Source of the DNA: Halocafeteria seosinensis
Taxonomy: Eukaryota
DNA: 64,000 nucleotides
Direction: 5' to 3'
Assembly (NCBI GenBank): GCA_001687465.1
Contig: LVLI01000006.1
Location: 1 to 64,000 of the forward strand
Each line of letters starts with the position of its first letter. Positions within the stretch are counted from its first letter, which is position 1. The notes under the pieces were generated by a model that made no database searches, had not been told where the DNA came from, and saw nothing but the letters and a program-made list of their open reading frames with translations. The position numbers and the translations under genes are program-made. Of the stretch, positions 25,385-37,958 are shown one piece after another.

Positions 25385-27599
25385 ATGCGCCTAAGCAAGG
25401 TGGTCCAACGGAGGCTGCAACTCGGAGGTCCGACGGAATATTGCTCTCTTGTTTCCTACGCGCCACGAAGCTCTTACTTTGGAAGAATAGCTCGGTCTCC
25501 ATTAGTATGGCATGGTCGTCATTCTGCTAGAAGGTACGTCATCGCATGAAGGGTTGTCATTTTCAGTAGAGGTACCAAGAGTCAGGGGTAGTGGAGTGGA
25601 TACGACCGTCTTATGATGCAGGTTCGCTACGTACAGTACCCAAGATGAAGGCTTTCTATCGCCTATATTCACCAAACGGGATGGAATCGGTGTGGTATGT
25701 GGCGGTGCGTCCGGCAACACGCTGATGTGATGCACTTCGTCCTTGCCACCCAGGTACACGATCCCTTGACGAATAAAGGGACAGGCTTCCCAATGCCGGA
25801 ACGCGATCGACTAGGGATTCGAGGTCTCGTACCACCAAGGACTCTTTCACTTGCTACACAGTGCGAAAAGATTCTTCACACGTTTGATAAGATGGAGGAT
25901 GATATATCCAAGAGTGTGTACTTATCGTCCCTTCAGGATAGGAACGAAACGTTGTTTTATCGCGTTCTTATCGACAATATTGAGAAGCTCGCACCTTATG
26001 TATACACACCAACTGTTGGAAAGGTATGCGAGGTATACGGAAGTACTATCTTTCGAAGACCTCGCGGCATGTATTTCTCGAGCCTGGATAAGAACCAAAT
26101 GGCAGCAATGGTGCACAACTGGCCAAATGATGATGTGCAAGTAGTTGTTATTACTGATGGATCTCGCATCTTGGGACTTGGAGATTTAGGTATGTGAACC
26201 GTACATGGTCGTCGTATACGGTCATTTACTGAGCTATTTTGCTTGCCTTTCCATTCCAGGCGCTAACGGCATGGGAATTCCGATTGGTAAGATCTACACC
26301 AGTCCCTTAGCGTCCCGTACTGGGTGTGTTACAGGGCTTTCCTCTTTTATTTATCACTCCTCATAAACAGGTAAACTGGCGTTGTACGTCGCCACAGGAG
26401 GCATCGATCCAGCCAAAGTGTTACCAGTAATGTTGGATTGTGGAACGAATAACTCTGATCTGCTGGCTGACCCGTATTATCTCGGAGTACAACATCAACG
26501 GCTACGGGGGAAAGCCTACTTTTCGCTTCTTCATGAATGTTTATCGGCAATTCACAGCCGATGGCCGAAAGCTTTGATCCAATTCGAAGATTTTTCTACT
26601 GATACAGCGCAGGCTATATTGGACAAATACCGTCACTCCATGCTGTGTTTCAACGACGACATACAGGGAACCGGTTCAGTTACTTCAGCGGGGATTCTAA
26701 CAGCTCTCCGTATCCAAGCGCGGAAGCAGTTTGGCGACGAAAACCGAGCAAGACTGTCTGAACAGCGAATCGTCGTCGCAGGAGCCGGAAGCGCAGGACT
26801 TGGGGTTAGCCAAGCACTGGTACGGATGATGGAAGAAGAAGGCACTTCAGAATTAGAGGCGAGCAACAGCTTCTGGGTCGTGGATGCGGATGGAGTTCTA
26901 GGTAGTTCCCGTTTGAAGGAAGACACGGAGAGTGGCCAATCTCTCTTGACGAATCAGCAGAGATACTTTTCCAGAACAGACGAAGAGGGAAATGAGAGTC
27001 TGATTGAGGTTGTCCGTAGGGTGAAGCCTACAATACTACTTGGGTTGACAGGGGTTAAAGGGATATTTACCAAAGATGTAGTTACAGAAATGGCCAAGCA
27101 CTGTGACGCGCCTATTATATTCCCCTTGAGTAACCCTACTTCCAAGGCTGAGTGTACGGCTTCACAAGCGTATGAGTGGACGAGCGGCCGTGCCGTTTTT
27201 GCCTCAGGCTCCCCTTTTGCGCCTGTACAAATTGGTGACCAAACATACCACCCCAGTCAATGTAATAATATGTTTATTTTTCCGGGAATTGGATTGGGCG
27301 CGAACGTGGTCCACGCGACTCAGGTTACAAACGATATGTTCAATGCCGCATCTTTAGCGTTGTCAAACGCAGTAACTCAAGAGGAAATAGACTGCGGTAT
27401 GGTGTTTCCCTCAATTGCTAGAATTCGAGATGTCACTCAAACGGTGGCTACCGCGGTAGCAGAAGCTGCGTTAACCGAAGGTGTCGCCGACTACTGTCCT
27501 CGGGGAGGAGCAGATCAAAGTACATTCGCTGATTTGAGAAAGTGGGTGGGAGATCAAATGTTCGACCCAGTTTACAGGCCACTGATTTCCTCAAAATAA
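25385..27599 (+). CDS. Malic enzyme (NAD(P)-dependent), probably mitochondrial (multi-exon)
   Basis: HDPLTNKGTGF, LQDRNETLFY, YTPTVG, TDGSRILGLGDLG, GMGIPIGKL, QFEDF, FNDDIQGT, GAGSAG, LSNPT; Arg-rich N-terminus resembling a presequence. Confidence 0.95.
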
Positions 27600-30500
27600 T
27601 CACAGACCCAAGCTCATGAGACTGCATGGTCTTGCTGAAGTTTTTGTATTCACTTGTTTCTTCTTTGGTTCTGTGTCGTACGCGTCGTTTTCATTACTTC
27701 CTTTGGTCTCTACGGTCTGACTTCGAGCCCGAGGGTGGCGCATTTCATTCTTCCACTGTTTCACGTCATATTCGAGTTCTGCAGCAAGACGTCTATCGCT
27801 AGCCACTGCATCACTGAAGCTTTCCTTGTATGTCATCCACAGAGTTCTCAAATATTCCATCAAACTCTTTAGTATGGGGCTCTGTATTGAAGCTAGAAGC
27901 GACTTCAGTTTCATCAAAACTGGTACAGTCCGTTCCAGAGTGTGCTTCTGAGCCATTCGATGTAGTACCTTCTGTTTGGCAGCGACCAATCCAGCCTCTA
28001 GAGCTTCAGCATCGTCATCAGGCTGTGCAACATCGTCTTGCTCGCTCGTGTTCCCTGCAGTTACCCGGATGTCTTTCATTTGTAACACTCGGAGTACTTC
28101 GACAATCAAATCGTTAGTTTGAGAGGCAATTGCATCACTCTCCGTGTTAACGGGTACTGTTCCTTCCGCAATGGGCGACAAAATGTCAGTGATCAGTTTG
28201 GCTTGAACAGTTAGTTTCTGCTCGGGTTTCATTGCGCGAAGAAGCGTTCGATAAATTTCCACTCGAAGCTCCTGAGCGTCAGCTCCTTGAATAGCGAGAG
28301 GTGGAAGATTCGCTTGGATGTCATTCTGACTTTCTTGAGGATTGTTGCGAGAGAATATTGCTTGGAAAGAAGGGTGTTGCTCAGCTCCAGAAAGAACGAA
28401 CACTGCTTCTACAAAATGCGCCGATAGGAGATTCGGATGTTTAACAAGCATACGGCCTGTGATGGCCTGATGGGCGGCGCGGCGTACTAATTCATCTTCG
28501 TCTATCAAACAGGCAAAAAACCGATGCAAGCAACGTGCTCTCCATTTCAAGAAATCCTGTTGTAGCAAAGTACTTAGCATGGCGACGGCCTGACGTCTTA
28601 TCAAGGGATGAGGATCACGAAGGCTCGCCGCCAGTTGCTCACTGTAGTTTTCGACGAGTCCCGGGTATCTCATGCATAAATCCCCTAGTGTCAACAACAA
28701 ATTGTTTCTGATTTCCACCCCTGCCTCGGTATCGTCACCGTTGTGCTGGTTTCTCCACGGTGACATCAATTCCGTTATGAAGACTTTAACGTATCTTCTG
28801 GCAAGTTCAGTATTGGTCAGGCAAAGCTTACCTAGACATAGAAAGGCATGTGCCCTCAATTCACTACTCAGCTGCTTGCTTTCGAATTGGGCGGTTGGCA
28901 TTGTCAAGGCCTCAATGAGAGTGAGTAGCTTGGAGCGGAAAAAAGGAGACTCTTCATTTCTCTCGGAATTTTCGTTGGATACAGCTTTAACTAGCGCCAA
29001 TTCACCAAGTATATATAACTGTGGAACCGAAAGCTTGCGAGTAGTAGCGTTTTCGCCTTCCAATGTAACACGTTCTAGATACTTTTCAGCATTTGTGACG
29101 ACTTGCATCGCGTTTGAAACTGCATCATTACACACCAATTCGTCGCTGATCAAGGCTTCCACTCCCTGGCGGATGAACTCTGCAGAAGCAGTATTAAGCG
29201 CTGTCATCGAGTCCAATGAATGGATTACATCTTCCTGGAGGGGAAATTCGACATTCAGCTTCTTGCAACAAGTCTTTAGGGTCTTCACCATACTTCCGAG
29301 TATAAGCCAAATGGTACTGTTCTCCGCATTGTTGTGAGAATCTCCGGAAAGACTGAGATAATACTGAGACCACTGCTCTTGAATGAGCTCAAAGACTGAC
29401 TGTAGTTTACGGCTGATTTCATTCTTGGAGGAAGCGGCATCCACTGTCAAAGATATGAGAATCCAAGCTCCGGCCCTCTTTTCGGTAGTAAGAGTCCTCG
29501 AGTCTGATGGAGGGTTCACTATACGGAGAGTTATATCAAGAATTTTGCCAATCGATGCATTCTTGGCCTGTGTGTCTTGCTGCCATAACAGTTCGAGAGC
29601 ATAACTCAGAGCGTTCCTCAACGGCTGACTCTCGTACACATGCCGGAATACATTCCAGAACTTGGACTCAGTTCCATCCACCGACTCAGCGTAGATGGGT
29701 TCAAGAAGTATGGACGATACGAACTGTAGCGCCTTATCTTGGACCCCTTTCTCGGGGTCACACACTAGAGGTAGAACTCCCGCGAGCCATGCTTCACGAA
29801 TAGCCTCCGAGTTCTCGCGTATCATCAGGTTAGATAGGGCACTAATGGAGGCTTTTCGAACAATTGTAGAATCGTCAGAGCTCTTCGCCGCGAGCATCTG
29901 AATCGTATATTCTCCAGCAAGATCCTGGATACTGTAACGCCAATCAAATTGACAGACCTGGGTAATGCATAACGTTTCCAGGGCCTCTACTGAAGCCTTC
30001 CGGACATGAGCGTTTTCATCATCTGAACGGCGAAGGAGCAAGGCCAGCAAGGGCATATTTGAGTCATTCCTACTGTAGCTTGTGCAATTCATAGAGATCT
30101 CCCCAGAACGTTGCACAGTTCCTCTCTCGCAACCCTCATTGAGTACCTCAAAAACCTTTGTGACCATGTGCTTGGAGTCAGAATCCATTGCCTGTTGTAG
30201 TAGGGTATGTGCAGCATTAATGGCCGCTCCTCGCACTGGCGGTGAACGGTCCACACAGCGATGCATTAACGTGCGCACAAATTTTGACACCACATCCTTA
30301 TCCGAACCGTTTTCTCCAGCCGAATTTCCTTGCTCAGCCGGCTGGTGCTGGCCTCGAGGACTACTAACGTCCTCTTTGTCCACAACCTTCCCTGACTCCT
30401 CAGTCAGGAGCTCCCACATCCAATTCTCCAGCATAAACTGGCCACCAAGTTGGACTGCAAAATGTCGTTGTTTACTTCTTGAACTCCTGAGTAACTTAGA

Positions 30501-31637
30501 GAGAAGTGATAGGAAATTCAATCGCATGTCGACGGAGAGGAGGGGAAGAATATTCTGAATCGTTTGTATGGCGGTCCATCGCTCATTGGCTTTCTTTTGG
30601 TCATCGACAGCGAGGTGATGACATAACGCAAGTGCTGCCTGACTACCGTGTTGTGCGTTCTCCTCGCCTTTTCCATTGATAAGTTGAGATAGCATATCAA
30701 CAGTAAGAGAGTTCGCTGCTTCGCTCACAGGGTGCTTCGGATTAGCGTTCCACTGCAGATAGTACTTAAATTGTTTACAGCATTGTTTGGAAATTTCTCC
30801 TTCGTATTTGGCATCATTTGCTAGAAGTGTCGAGAACGTGCCTTCGAGGGACGCGAAGACTTCAGACGAAACCTCGCAATGGGGTATCGCGGATGCTATG
30901 GTTTCGATGAATTCGTTCAATGATTCATAAGGAATACCGCATCCCGACAGAGAGAAACTGTGGGCTACGAGCCTTGCGCTCTTGAGGACGTTGATAGCCT
31001 CCTGTCGGGTAGGTTCATTGGTGAAAGTACTTTTAAACAACGACTTTAGCCGAATAAGTACGACCCGTGCCGTGTAGTTGCTGCATATTCTATACACAGA
31101 CGATCCGGGAATTGATATTAATGCAAAAAAGGCCTGAGTACTCCGTAAAGCTTCCAGAATTTGGTGCGATTCTTCTGAGACCGTAGTCGAATCTGGAGCA
31201 GCGGCAGCAATGAGACAGTGAAGTAAAGTTTTCAGCTGTAGTATCGCTTTTGGTTTAGCTTTCATAATTTCCTTCCAGAAAGTTGTGGCATAGTTGCCAC
31301 TTCTTTCTGATTCATTGGTAGCCTCAGTCTGAGAAGACAGGTCGTGTTGACAACGCTCTTGGGAGTCACGAGCTTGCTCGAGGAGCAGGGAAGTTAAGCG
31401 CACTAGGGGTGACTTTTGCTCTCCAGCGTCTTCTTCACCTTCTATGTTGTTATCCAGAGCCTCCCGAACAGCATCAGGTAAAGTCAAATCCGTCTCACCG
31501 AGTTCAATATTCTCCACGTCCAAGGGTTCGATTTGGTCAATGTTGAGTGCAACAAGAAGATCCAAGGCTTCAGTAGCGAAATCCCTCCTTTGTGCTGAGC
31601 TCTGAGAGTTCGCTGAAGCGTACTCTAGCCCTTCCAT
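27600..31637 (-). CDS. NCAPD3: Condensin II subunit CAP-D3 (HEAT repeats); intronless
   Basis: 1345-aa helical ORF with LRAHAFLCLGKLCL, IRNNLLLTLGDLCMRY, LRDPHPLIRRQAVAMLSTLLQQDFLKWR, FVEAVFVL and LAAELEYD, typical of CAP-D3. Confidence 0.9.
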   Translation of the reverse strand: MEGLEYASANSQSSAQRRDFATEALDLLVALNIDQIEPLDVENIELGETDLTLPDAVREALDNNIEGEEDAGEQKSPLVRLTSLLLEQARDSQERCQHDLSSQTEATNESERSGNYATTFWKEIMKAKPKAILQLKTLLHCLIAAAAPDSTTVSEESHQILEALRSTQAFFALISIPGSSVYRICSNYTARVVLIRLKSLFKSTFTNEPTRQEAINVLKSARLVAHSFSLSGCGIPYESLNEFIETIASAIPHCEVSSEVFASLEGTFSTLLANDAKYEGEISKQCCKQFKYYLQWNANPKHPVSEAANSLTVDMLSQLINGKGEENAQHGSQAALALCHHLAVDDQKKANERWTAIQTIQNILPLLSVDMRLNFLSLLSKLLRSSRSKQRHFAVQLGGQFMLENWMWELLTEESGKVVDKEDVSSPRGQHQPAEQGNSAGENGSDKDVVSKFVRTLMHRCVDRSPPVRGAAINAAHTLLQQAMDSDSKHMVTKVFEVLNEGCERGTVQRSGEISMNCTSYSRNDSNMPLLALLLRRSDDENAHVRKASVEALETLCITQVCQFDWRYSIQDLAGEYTIQMLAAKSSDDSTIVRKASISALSNLMIRENSEAIREAWLAGVLPLVCDPEKGVQDKALQFVSSILLEPIYAESVDGTESKFWNVFRHVYESQPLRNALSYALELLWQQDTQAKNASIGKILDITLRIVNPPSDSRTLTTEKRAGAWILISLTVDAASSKNEISRKLQSVFELIQEQWSQYYLSLSGDSHNNAENSTIWLILGSMVKTLKTCCKKLNVEFPLQEDVIHSLDSMTALNTASAEFIRQGVEALISDELVCNDAVSNAMQVVTNAEKYLERVTLEGENATTRKLSVPQLYILGELALVKAVSNENSERNEESPFFRSKLLTLIEALTMPTAQFESKQLSSELRAHAFLCLGKLCLTNTELARRYVKVFITELMSPWRNQHNGDDTEAGVEIRNNLLLTLGDLCMRYPGLVENYSEQLAASLRDPHPLIRRQAVAMLSTLLQQDFLKWRARCLHRFFACLIDEDELVRRAAHQAITGRMLVKHPNLLSAHFVEAVFVLSGAEQHPSFQAIFSRNNPQESQNDIQANLPPLAIQGADAQELRVEIYRTLLRAMKPEQKLTVQAKLITDILSPIAEGTVPVNTESDAIASQTNDLIVEVLRVLQMKDIRVTAGNTSEQDDVAQPDDDAEALEAGLVAAKQKVLHRMAQKHTLERTVPVLMKLKSLLASIQSPILKSLMEYLRTLWMTYKESFSDAVASDRRLAAELEYDVKQWKNEMRHPRARSQTVETKGSNENDAYDTEPKKKQVNTKTSARPCSLMSLGL

Positions 31638-32182
31638 CTTGCTCTGATTAGCTAGGTTACCACGACGCTACAGTATGGTGTATCGTGACTTCTTTCTGCG
31701 GCCGTTAAGCACCTGGTTTGAATTCCAAACTTCAGCGAAAACAACAGATGCACTCTAGTCTTCCTGTGTAATCCTGTTTCACAATATAAATAAGAATTTT
31801 TGTATTTCACGCGCTCCTTCTTGTTCTTCCTATCCCTTGAAGGCTTGAAATAATGGACAATAAGTTTTGATGAAAGCCTCTTAACGGTCGCCGAGAGTCG
31901 CCCACTCCAACTTCACAGACGTTGGTACCACCACTGGATGAAGATGGGTAGGAATCCCATGTTACTGCTTGTTAGGGGCCATACGTCATCATGGGGCATG
32001 CTTAGCGCATTGTCAGAAACGGTAGGGATGTCGTAATATTGTGCTTCGGCAGCTGCCGCACGGCGTATAGTACAACCATATATACCACACACCGGTTGTA
32101 CATATATGGTGTGCCATCTACGAGTCTTCGCTACACAGCTAGTAGACAGATTTATCCTTGTACGACAAACGGTCTAAAGTGT

Positions 32183-34699
32183 CTAAAAAAGTCCCTTGAT
32201 TTGTCCAGTTTCGGTGTCGACATCAATGTCATAGTAAGCTGGCCGGGTGGGAAGCCCTGGGATGGTCATTATCTGACCTAGGAGAGGATAGATGAAGCCC
32301 GCACCGACGCTGGCTCGAATGTCGCGTACGTGAATCGAGAAGCCTGTTGGGACACCTTTCAGCTTCGGATCTGCACTGAGAGAACTCTGAGTTTTAGCCA
32401 TACAAACTGGGAGTCTCCCATATCCCAATTTCTCAAACTCATTGATTTTCGTTTCCGCGAGGTCGCTATAGTCTACTCCATCCGCGCCGTAAATCTCTTT
32501 CGCTACCTTCTCAATTTTCTGTTTCAGGGGAAGGCTATCAGGATAGAGAAGCTGTAAGGATCGCTTTTCTTCTCGCGCGGACTTGCAAGCTTTTACGACT
32601 GTTTCAGCTAGCGCCACAGCACCCTTACCTCCATACGTCCAGTGCTCCGAAGAAACAGCGTCAAAGGCACCAGCTTCGCGGGCTTTTCGGCAAACAAGTT
32701 CCACCTCATTATCTGTATCACCCGAAAAGCGGTTTAAGGCAACCACAGGCTTAAATCCAAATTTGTTGGCGTTCTCGATGTGTTTTATTAAATTAGCACA
32801 GCCTGCCTCAACCAATTCCAAGTTTTCTTCCAAGTACTCTTTTTCCAACTGCATACACCTAGTGTACATAACTACTCCGAAAGAAAAAGCTTGCAATCCA
32901 GAAGCTACCTTACCTTCTTGCCAGCAACTACCTGTGGTCCTCCACCATGCAATTTCAACGCTCGTATAGTGGCCACAATGATAACAGCGGTAGGTTGCAA
33001 TCCAGACTGCCGGCACTTGATATTGAAAAACTTTTCCATTCCAATATCGGCACCAAAACCCGCTTCTGTCAACACATAGCCATTTGGCCCTACCAGTTTT
33101 AGCGCCAGCTTATCTGCAATTATACTGCTGTTCCCGTGGGCAATATTGGCGAACGGGCCAGCATGGACGAAAACAGGTGTGCCCTCTACACTTTGCATCA
33201 ACGTTCTGCGAGAGGGAATTCACGGCAACGCTTATGAAAGAGACCTAGCTCGCTAAGACTTCGATAACACCAATGTCACTTACGGCATCATGGCATCCTT
33301 CATAAGAGCAGTAAGCGCTCCTGTGACACCGATATCGTTGGCATCCACAGTGTTACCCTCTTTGTCATAAGCAACCACCATTTTCCCAAGTCGTTCACGC
33401 AAATCGGCCAGGCTTGTAGCCAGCGCGAGAACAGCCATAATCTCGGAGGCGACGGTGATTTCAAATCCAGTTGTCCGAGTCATTCCCTTCTCACTGGGGC
33501 CCTCACCGATAGTGATTTGGCGCAAGAAGCGATCACATGTATCAACAACCTGGATGAGTGAAGAAATTCTAAGTCACACCATATGTCGCGGACCTCGCCA
33601 ATGAGGACGTACACGATTCCACATGATCCTTTCGGGATCAATATCCAATCGCACAAACCGCCGACGTTCCTCCTCTGTGAGGTCATCGGGGCTAGTCTTG
33701 TTGATTCCAAGCTTTTCTAATCTTCCGAGCATAATATCAGCGAACTCTCGGTGACCATCCTTCTTCTGCGGGCACAGCCGGTTGAACAACGCCTCGTCAC
33801 TCTGTGTGCTCTCGTGAAACATGCGCGTGTCTATAGCTGCAGCAAGTAAATTATTTGCAGCAGTGATTCCGTGGATATCTCCAGTCATATGGAGGTTGAA
33901 ATCCTCCATCTGCGGCCCTAACAATTGGGAAGTTGAAATGTGATACTAACCCGTTGCTGGGAAAACACATTCTTACCGGAATGCACTGAGCGTAACCTCC
34001 ACCTGTGTAATTCATATTGCGATACAGGATGAAACACAAGGGCTAATAGAGGAAATTGTCCAACATGCTGGATTTTACCCAGTCACGCACCTGCAGCTCC
34101 TCCTTTAATTCCGAAGGTGGGTCCTTGACTCGGCTGGCGAATGCAGGTAAATACGCTTTCATTTAATTGGGCCCCTAAAGCTTGTGATACACCTAAGACA
34201 GTAGTACTTTTTCCTTCGCCAAGTGGAGTAGGATTCACACCCTGCGCATTCGTTCAGGTTAGAGACATCCTGCGAAGAAGAAACAGGAATACCACCTCAT
34301 ACCGTGACAACAATGTAATTTCCATCGGGGGAATCCTGAAAGCGGTTCAAGACATCCAAATGAACTTTTGCTTTCGTCTTGCCATAATGTTCGATTTCTT
34401 CTTCCTGCAAAAAGACAAGAACGTAAAAGACATGTCATTCATATGGCGTCCTTGTGTGTTGTGTGTGGCGAATCCTCCATACTGACCTTGAGACCACAGG
34501 CAGCAGCAACTTGGCTGATGTTGTAGGGTTCGACGCTCTGAGAGATCTCAATATCAGATGGGACCGGCTGCTGGAACTTGACTCTGGAAGAGGCTTCTTG
34601 AGCAAGGGTGGATGCCATCGTTCTCGCACTGTATCGTAATACTGGGTTGGAAGTGCCAAAGATACCTGTTCTTCGTCCCACAGATAGGGTTTTAAGCAT
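32183..34699 (-). CDS. fhs: Formate--tetrahydrofolate ligase (8 exons)
   Basis: [82 protein letters not shown]; all introns GT-AG and frame-restoring. Confidence 0.96.
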
Positions 34700-35092
34700 C
34701 GATGACCACAGTCGTTCAAACTCCAAAAGAATGAAGTATACGGTAATTCGCACCGAGAGTTGGTTTCCAACAAACTCCACGTACTCTCAAAACAGTGGTG
34801 CAGATTCACTGTATGTGTATCCATCTTTGCCGAGGTCTCCAACTTCAAGTTGAAGATGAGGCATAGTGACACAAGACTGGTTAGGCAGTGCTAGACACGA
34901 CGTATTTCCGTTTTAGACATCTTAAATTAGTTCATAGAGTTGTTGCTTGGCGTCGCATGGAAGGTATCATACAGAGGGTGGGAACTCTGTGTATGAGCTG
35001 TGGAAAACTGCGTTGCTATCGGAGGCGATTGCTGCTCTTATGCACGCATTTCCATTAACTAGAGGAACTTTGACTAGACTCAATCGACTAAA

Positions 35093-36518
35093 ATGGAAGG
35101 ACCACGGCGAATCGAAACCCTTGTCATTGACTCGGGTGCCTTGATCGCCGGGAATAACCTTGCAAATAAGGCCACCGTAAGAACACCTTTCTCGGCTTAG
35201 CGGATGAGATGCCTCCTTCAATTGGTAAACATGCTGCTGTGCCTTTGTGCAGAGATACGTAACAGTACCCGATGTGCTGTCAGAGATACGAGATAAGAAA
35301 GCGCGAGACTATTTGGAGTCTCTCCCTTTCGAACTTGAAGTACGGGATCCTTCAGAAGAGAGCATGCAGACCATTGGTTGGTGGGTGCACAAAACAGGGG
35401 ACGTAAACTTTCTGTCTATAACGGATATGAAAGTCTTAGCGCTTACGTACATGATTGAGTCGCAAACCCGAGGAAGTGAAAAACTAAAAGACGACGTCAG
35501 AGAAAGACTAAGCTACTTGTTAAAGGATTCAAGTATCAATAGGCCCACAGTCTCTGATGACTCTACGAAACAGAAACAGGGAGCAAACGTCAAGATTCCG
35601 ACAAGCTCTGGTGCTACGCAGAGTGGGTTTTCATATGCTGCTGCTTTGTTCAAGGAGCGTAAGGAAGGCGAAATAGAAGAGTCAGGACAAGGCACGGCGG
35701 TAGCAACAGAGGAGGAACAAGCAGATGAACACGAGGACCCGGATTCTGACGACTCCAGAACTACCGACAAGGGCTCAGACCGGCAGAATGGACAGGAGGG
35801 TCATGAGGAGGAAGACGTACCCCGTGATGGGGATGCTGGTGGTGGCGTAGAACGTGACTCTAGTGTAGCTACTTCTGACATGAATCCAGCAGCAAATAAT
35901 GACGGGTGGATTACTCCTAGCAACGTGTCGAAGGTGTTAGCCACGCCCACAGCTGGGTTTAATCCAAATGATGGCGGTATTCCAGATCGCGCACTTCCTC
36001 ATGTTTGCTGCGTTACGGGTGACTTCACCATGCAGAACGTGCTGTTGGGCATGGGGATTGGCATTGCCTCACCTAATGGGCGTGTGATTCGAAAGGTTAA
36101 ACAATTTGTCCTCAAATGCGACGCTTGTTTTCAAATAACAAGAGACACCTCGAAGAAGTTTTGCCCCTTTTGTGGGAACAACACGTTAGCAAGATTGGGA
36201 GTTACTATTGATAGCAAAGGCAAACATCACTATCACCTCAAGAAGGACAGGAAAGTTAACACACGAGGGACAAAGTATGCTCTTCCTAAGCCAAAAGGTG
36301 GAAGACAAGGTGATTTACTTTTGCGCGAGGACCAACTGCTCCAAGGTGTCTGGAACCAAAAGCTAAGAACAAAGGAAAAGCCAGTAAATATGTTTGGCGA
36401 GGATTTCTATGTGCCAGAGAAGAAGACGAAACAACTTCCGGTGGGCTTTGGGAATAAGAACCCCAATGAGAAAAAAGGCCGAGAACGGCGAGGTCAGAAA
36501 AAAACTAAGAGGCGATAG
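35093..36518 (+). CDS. NOB1: NOB1 20S pre-rRNA endonuclease (PIN domain plus Zn ribbon; 2 exons)
   Basis: LVIDSGALI, VLSEIRD, TGD...LSITDMKVLAL, GWITPSN, TGDFTMQNVLL, CDAC...FCPFCGN, RGTKYALPKPK. Confidence 0.94.
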
Positions 36519-37958
36519 TTCTTCGCGACGTAGCTAATATCTGAGTGTAGACAGTGTGCTTCTTTGAGAAAGTAGTCAATCTTGCCCTGTTTGGGCCAAG
36601 TTCCAGTATTTTGTGTTCAGCATATGACGTCCATATCATGACCCTTAGCAAGCCGAATACAATAGTTTGTGCCGCCTCCAGTCTAACAAATAAGCAGTCG
36701 ATGATGACACACTGTCAGAGACCTGGCTGTGTGGTACTGGTAGGCTAGGAAACAGTTTGACCCACCGGTCTGCACGACACCCTCGTCTAGAGTGCTCTAC
36801 ACGTGCTTTAAGTAGCTCTTCAAAATTGTTTTGCTGTTTCAATAAGCACACAGGTGTGACAAACCACAACCCGGCTGCTTGACCCCTAGTCCGAAAGCGA
36901 ACTTCATGCCATAGCAGAAGCTTTCACATGCATACACTGTACTTCCCTTTACAATAAACATGTGAGGTAAAACAGCAAGCATGCTTACCTCAGTTTTACA
37001 AAGTGATTCTGTCGCCAAAACTGACAAATGCCCTCTCCCTGCTGCTGTAACTTAAGGCAGTGAAGGGGCAGGATCATCCGAACCTTGTACCATGAGTAAG
37101 TTCCAGAGCAAGCTGTTCCTTTAGCTCACCTACGGAATGCCTTCGGGAACACAATCCTCTCACAATTCTGCAAAGATATGCGTTTAAACATGAGTAAACA
37201 GCATAAAGCGAATTGTCGCAACCCCGAGCTTCTTGGGACGGCTGCTGAAGTTGCTTGTTCCATCGTCATAGTCGAGAATTTCCTTTCTTCCATAGACTGA
37301 AGACTCCACTCTCTCTACCTCGATGCTTAAGGGGCTTCCCGCTTCGTGCTACGGGTGTAAATGAGGGAACTATAGCAGCTTGACTCGCTTCTCGGGCGGA
37401 GGAGGAGCTTCTGCTTGCTTCGCCCTCGATGTTCCCCTTGCCGCTGTCCCAAGGGAGGCTTTTTCCGCGGGGAAGCAAGTGCATCCACTTCAGAACTGTA
37501 TTGCCGTGATGTTTGTCGATGCTGGCGATGTATCTTGAGCGGACGAAGTCGGTTTTCAGTTGGTTGAATAAAGGGAATATTGTACCCTTTTTCCTCACTG
37601 GGTTATTATATTGTACAACAGCTTGTTCTTAGTGTTCTTCTCACCTTGTACAATCTTCGTGGTTTCTCGCTCTTCGGTTCAACAGAAGCGTATAGGGATC
37701 TTCAGCGGCTTTGCCCCAATTGGAAGGCTAGAATCCGCAAATAGCTCCATCTTTGGATCCACTGAGTATCGTGTTTCAGTCGCCGCCGAACATTATCCGA
37801 TTATCTTCGTGCGCATTCCTCTCTTCGCTGGTGGCTTGGTCTGACTGGCAGAGGGACCCAAGCTTCGGTCATCAGTCGTCTCTATACACTCCCGGTGCGG
37901 TGAATACACGCTCTTTGGCTCTGACAAGCAGACAGTACACGCTTGGCACTGGGTTGCC

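Noticed and set aside
28672..30558. Long antisense ORFs (221 and 158 aa) inside CAP-D3, and similar ones inside other large genes
   Set aside because: Codon-register shadows of real genes, with no motifs of their own.
36510..37760. Possible spliced minus-strand gene between NOB1 and the AP2 gene
   Set aside because: Splice-like signals are present, but there is no confident frame or homology.
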